A stretch of DNA of 52,682 nucleotides, counting the filler, from Circinaria calcarea (taxonomy: Eukaryota), in NCBI GenBank assembly GCA_051942165.1. It is 2 parts of 2 records of this genome, joined end to end, with 100 filler letters (N's around TTAATTAATTAA, not from the genome) between each part and the next. Parts side by side here need not be neighbours in the genome. Positions count along the whole stretch, not along the records: positions 26,420 to 52,682 come from JAVECS010000081.1; 1 more part is not named here. One strand, 5' to 3'. Both the position numbers and the translations under genes were made by a program. The notes under the pieces were generated by a model. That model had not been told where the DNA came from. It saw nothing but the letters and a program-made list of their open reading frames with translations, and did not search any database. Shown here piece by piece: positions 48,017-52,682 of this stretch. The number at the start of each line of letters is the position of its first letter. Position 1 is the first letter of the stretch.

Positions 48017-49925
48017 ATGAGCTATACAGAGAGGTTACCTCAGGCTTCGGCTTCCGCTTTAGGTCCACAATCGGAATCCTGTTATGAAAAGACAAAATCA
48101 GACTTCACCAGCTTCAGCAAGTTGGGGATTGACCAACCTAAGCAGGCCATTACAAAACCAGAAGCGACACAGCCAACCGTTATGCCAATCGAAGCAAATC
48201 TTGAGAGCGATATTAAGAGAGAACACGTTGAGCAAGAGGATGATAGCCAATATCCACATGGCTTCACCTTCGTGCTTTTAACAGCAGGGCTGATGGCAGT
48301 GGTTTTGGTGCTAGCACTAGACAGTTACATAATATGTGAGAGATAAAGTTGGCCTTGCGTGTAATTGCAACGCATTCACTAACCTCCATAGCAACTGCGA
48401 TTCCTCGAGTAACGACCGACTTCAACACTCTCAATCTCGTGGGCTGGTATGGTAGCTCCTACTTCTTGACGCTGATGTCATTCCAGCCGGCTTTCGGCCA
48501 GTCATGTACCCTTTTCCCGGTTAAGATTGTATATCTTCTTTCAATTGTATGCTTCGAGATTGGTTCGATCATCAGCGCTTTAGCCTCTACGTCAGTAGTC
48601 TTTATTATAGGACGACTTGTCTCTGGGGCTGCCGGAGGGGGACTCTGGTGTGGCACTTTGACCCTTATGGGTCATGCTGTGCCTCCACGGAAAAGACATC
48701 TATATGTATCTATTGTGACGAGTATGTATGGGGTAGCTTCAGCCGTTGGGCCTTTGCTTGGTGGGGTGTTCACGGACTCTCCTAAGCTGACATGGCGATT
48801 TTGCTTCTGGCTAAATCTACGTAAGATACTGCCTAACTAACAGACCTGACTCCGAGAACGTTAATCTTGTATAGCGATTAGTTTTGTAGCCTTTTGTATT
48901 ATCATAGTTTTTCTGAAAAAACCGCCTCCAACGCATCTGGCCTTGTCACTGTCGCTCCGACAAAAGATTTCCAGGATAGACATTGCTGGGGCATTTCTTC
49001 TGATTGCTGCCTTTGTCTGTCTACTCCTAGCACTGCAGTGGGGAGGTAATATGTATACTTGGTCTGATTCAAGAGTATGGGGTTGCCTACTTGGTTTTGG
49101 AATATTTATCCTGGCCTTTATAGCTTTGCAAATCCAACTCAAAGACAGGTACATTCATTATCGCGATCGTTATCCCTAGAATTACTAATCCCCTCTACCA
49201 GAGCGACTATCCCTGCTCGCATTGTTTCCCAACGTACCGCCGCCGCCGGTCGTGCCTTCACAGTCTTCATATCCATGGCTATCGGCGTGCATGTTTACTA
49301 TCTTCCCTTTTATTTTCAATCTGTTCTTGGCAACACCGCAGCTGAATCTGGTATCCGCACCCTGCCGTATCTTATGACACTTCTTATCTCTCCAATGATA
49401 AGCGGAGGTCTGATCACACTCGTTGGCTATTACGTCCCATTTATGTGGATTGGTTGTACCCTGATCACAATCGGCTCCGGACTTCTTTACACCTTGAGCA
49501 CCACCAGCAATGCAGGCCACTGGATAGGTTATCAGTTTCTGGCGGCCTTTGGCGCCGGAATATGTCGCCAGATCGCCTTTAGTGCCGTACCACTCGTTCT
49601 TCCCAATGACGATTTGGCCACGGCCAGCGCACTCGTTGCGTTCTGCAACAGCCTTGGTCCTACACTCGCGATTGGTATTGGACAATCAATCTTCACAAGC
49701 GAGTTTGTACGGCAGGTGGCGCAGATGGCGGGCATTGATGCAGCAGCGGTGATTAATCGGGGGGCAGCGAATCTAGGCGCCGTGGTGCCTAGCCCGTTGC
49801 TGGATATGGTGAAAGAGGCATTCAATTACGCGCTCACGAAAGCCTTCACGCTATCTATTGCCAGCGGAGGTGCTGCGTTGTGCTGTAGTCTGTGTATGGA
49901 GTGGATCAGCGTCAAGAACGAATAG
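48017..49925 (+). CDS. MFS drug:H+ antiporter (DHA2, 14-TM, aflT/gliA-like efflux pump), ~581 aa
   Basis: Introns 48336-48391, 48821-48874, 49149-49201; LALDSYII|STAIP, GWYGSSY, FEIGS, GRLVSG, GPLLGGVFTD..WRFCFWLNL, YYLPFYFQ. Confidence 0.92.
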
Positions 49926-50101
49926 AGTTGTTTTCTTAGCGAATGTTCCAAATAAAGCATATTACTATATTGCAGGGTGATTTTTTGAGAATAATTAAAT
50001 ATATAAAATTTTGAATAGACTTTGTTATTTAGTTAATTCGAGAAATAACGCTTTGCCATCGTAAGTGATTACACGCTGAAAATTTTGAAACTAGGTACAT
50101 T

Positions 50102-51335
50102 TTACGCTACTCCAGAACTTCCCCCTTCTTTCACAAAAGTCTCGCCCGAATAAATATCTGTGGTGACCAGAATATGTTTAGTTGTTTCTATATTATTCTG
50201 GGGCCGACGAAATTCTTGCCCCCTGATGCCCATTTTGTGCGTTTTTGACGGCGATGTCAACGGGATGGCGGAGTTGGTCCTTTTCAAACTGTCGGAGCGT
50301 TGGTCTTTATTCCCTTCGGGAGTGGTAGGTATAAATGTCCATCGTCCTGTCCCGATGCGTTCCAGAAGGGGTCGATAGGTGGGTAAGCACGCGGAAATCA
50401 GGTAGATGCCTGCTTCGATTTGGGTCCAGATAATAAGATCGACGGCTGACCACGTGCCATCAACAAAGGAGTTTTTGTGGAAGAAGGTAGTAAAGCGGAC
50501 AATAGAGGTGATGAGGCCCCTAGATATCACGTACAAAGAAATTACTCGATCGTGCACAGCCTAGTTTTAGTACGGGAGGAAAAGGGGTACTCACAAGCTG
50601 CCAACGGCGAAGGTGATGGTCAATCCGATTTTTAGACGTGTAGAGGTGTGGAGTTTCCAGACAACAGGCATAGGCAGGATAAGCATGATAATATCGCTGA
50701 GGATGTTTGGGATGCTGCCCCAGATGAAAAAGGCCTCCTTGTTGATGCAGACGGCCCCGGGAATATTAGGGTCCCAATTCGCGGCATAAGGAATACACGC
50801 GACAAAAGCCGTCACTACGGTCGATAAAGTCAGTGCAATCAAGCATCCAGCCAGGAGGTGGATCGCAAGGCGGATGCGTTTTTTAGAGAAGAGCCGACGG
50901 TAGAACGCTAGGATAGCTAGTTTGGGGATATTGATGCCACCGAAGTAGAGCGTCGAAATTGCCACTAGGTATTTGCCCCACCGAGTTACTTTTTCGGGAG
51001 CTTGGGCTTCTAGATAGGTAGTGTGGTAGCCAACTCCGGCCCTTTTGACGGACCCTACATATATGGATATCAGCATCATACCCGCCCATTAAGAAAAGGT
51101 CAGTTCCCTCCTCACCGATACTAATTCCAGCCATGCATAATTGCAGCAGAAGAGATATCAAAACCACGATGTCGTCCAGCCCCCACTGCCCCTTTATCAG
51201 ATAGCGCACAAAGTACCGCAATGCGACGCAGAAGATTTGAACTGGAATAAAGATGGCAGTGAAGATTATTAGTTTGTCACCCGAGTATTCGGCAGAAGCC
51301 TCGGGACCAACGGTTGAAGATGGAGGTACAGCCAT
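50102..51335 (-). CDS. PTH11-like (fungal rhodopsin-domain) integral membrane protein without CFEM, ~365 aa
   Basis: Introns 51055-51115 and 50520-50594; WGLDD, KLAILAFYRRLF, CIPYAANWD, NILSDIIMLILPMPVVWKL, WTQIEAGIYLISACLPTYRPL. Confidence 0.88.
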
Positions 51336-52314
51336 TAGATGAGACTGTGTCTGTAAGTACCCGCTACGAGTCGGTCGCTTAAGGGGAAAAGCAAAAAGAA
51401 CTCAACGCGAGTGTAGGGGGAAAGCGCCAAGTAGACATGTAGCGAAACGGATGACACAAGGATTTATGAAACCATTGATTCCAAAAAAGGGGGCCAGGAT
51501 GAAATGCAACGCCGCACACACGCGGCAAGCTTGTGGAGGTATAATGTAATGCGGGATAAAAGCATAGCAAATGAACACTGCTGCAAAGGTTATACTCCGA
51601 TAAGTAGGGGGGGCTGTAAATCTCTCCGAACTGTGCCTTGCACATCACAGCACATCGACATCCAATGCACATTATGATTCATGGATACTGCAAGAGTTCT
51701 CTCCAACCAAGGTAGGAAAGTGGTTTCGAATTTCTTACAGTAATTTACCAGGTCGGAGCTGACCCAGGGTCGTAACTAGGTTTTGAAAAGTTAACCCGTA
51801 AGCTTGCCTCCCAGCTACTGAACGCGGAGGACTAATGCATGCCGGCAGCCACTCTCGGAACGGCTCGAAGCGACCGCTGTGCCGCCAAAGCCTGACGTGC
51901 AGTAGCCTTGATGTTGGGCGTATTTCTTCCCCACCTACGGAGTACCTACCTAGGTAGGTAGGTAGCAGTGGGTTTCGCAGCATAGGGTGAATGGTAGATA
52001 AGCCTTGGTGGGAGGCAGCAGCTGCTGCATTGCTGCGAGACAAAATATGCTCAGGTAGGCTGCACTATGTGTGTCACAACAGATACAGACACGGGATATT
52101 AAATGCCGCAGTGCCGTGTCTGCCCGATTCTTAAGCATGAGGTTCGAATTTGGAAGCTGATCTCCACAACCTCGGGTACTCCGTATATCGTCGGGTTATC
52201 CGGTCAGTATCTGAATTGCTGGGTTCGGCGTCTTTCTATGCAAACACCGTGATCACTGAGTGCCTCTATCCTTATTACACCTCATCATTTCCAGCCTCAG
52301 GTCCATCGCCTCTC

Positions 52315-52682
52315 ATGGCTACGAATCCAGCACAGAGTCTCGAGCGTCCGGATTATCGCAAATGGCTGATTCCTGACATAGTTGACCACCTGGCTGTGAC
52401 TAACCCCCATAAGCTCTATGCAGAATATCCCATCTCGACACTGAGCTATGCACAAGGGTACCGCAAAATCACTTATGGCGAATTTGCGAATGCTATCAAT
52501 GGCATGGCCTGGTGGCTGCATCAGACACTTGGCCCTGGGAGAGACTTCGAGGTATTGGCATACATAGGTCCGAATGACTTAAGATACCCTGCCTTAATCC
52601 TGGCGGCTGTCAAAGTGGGCTACTTGGTGCGTGAATTCATCGGCACATTAGTAAACGAAGATACTCATCAACGGTAGCTCTT
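52315..52682 (+). CDS. NRPS-like/adenylate-forming enzyme, 5' part (continues beyond the window)
   Basis: LIPDIVDHLA..YRKITYGEFANAINGMAWWL..LAYIGPNDLRY..AVKVGY, then probable intron 52627-52677; same N-terminal motifs as the gene at 18818. Confidence 0.85.

Noticed and set aside
51943..51965. 18-bp palindrome tacctacctaggtaggta
   Set aside because: A by-product of a TAGG/CCTA microsatellite, common in fungal intergenic DNA.
1..52682. One supercluster containing both PKSs, with the free MT complementing the dead MT of the PKS-cAT
   Set aside because: An artificial contig linker and a probable housekeeping WD40 gene separate them; physical linkage is not shown.

Overview
Intron-containing genomic DNA from a filamentous ascomycete (Pezizomycotina; short GT-AG introns, mostly 49-75 nt, typically with CTRAY-like branch sites). 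A 100-nt artificial spacer (44 N, TTAATTAATTAA, 44 N; 26320-26419) splits it into two segments that may not be adjacent in the genome. LEFT: a secondary-metabolite cluster comprising an ABCC transporter 3' end, a PLP-dependent alpha-oxoamine synthase (AOS) divergent from a complete HR-PKS (KS-AT-DH-cMT-ER-KR-ACP, no release domain), a free-standing C-methyltransferase resembling an excised NR-PKS CMeT domain, an SDR and a free-standing adenylation domain. Two inverted copies of a MITE-like element bracket the PKS+MT block. Next come a secreted, Kex2-type pre-pro-protein with a CNF1/CheD-like Cys-x14-His motif and one in-frame stop, a convergent ankyrin gene and a gap-truncated DUF6601-like gene. 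RIGHT: a large WD40 protein, a decayed LINE RNase H fragment, a secreted lactonase-like beta-propeller and a GFA/Mss4-like protein. These precede a second cluster: an HR-PKS with a C-terminal carnitine-acyltransferase domain (degenerate MT, atypical ER), a DHA2 MFS transporter, a PTH11-like membrane protein and the start of another adenylating enzyme. Gene models were spliced by eye and family calls rest on motif recognition, not database searches.
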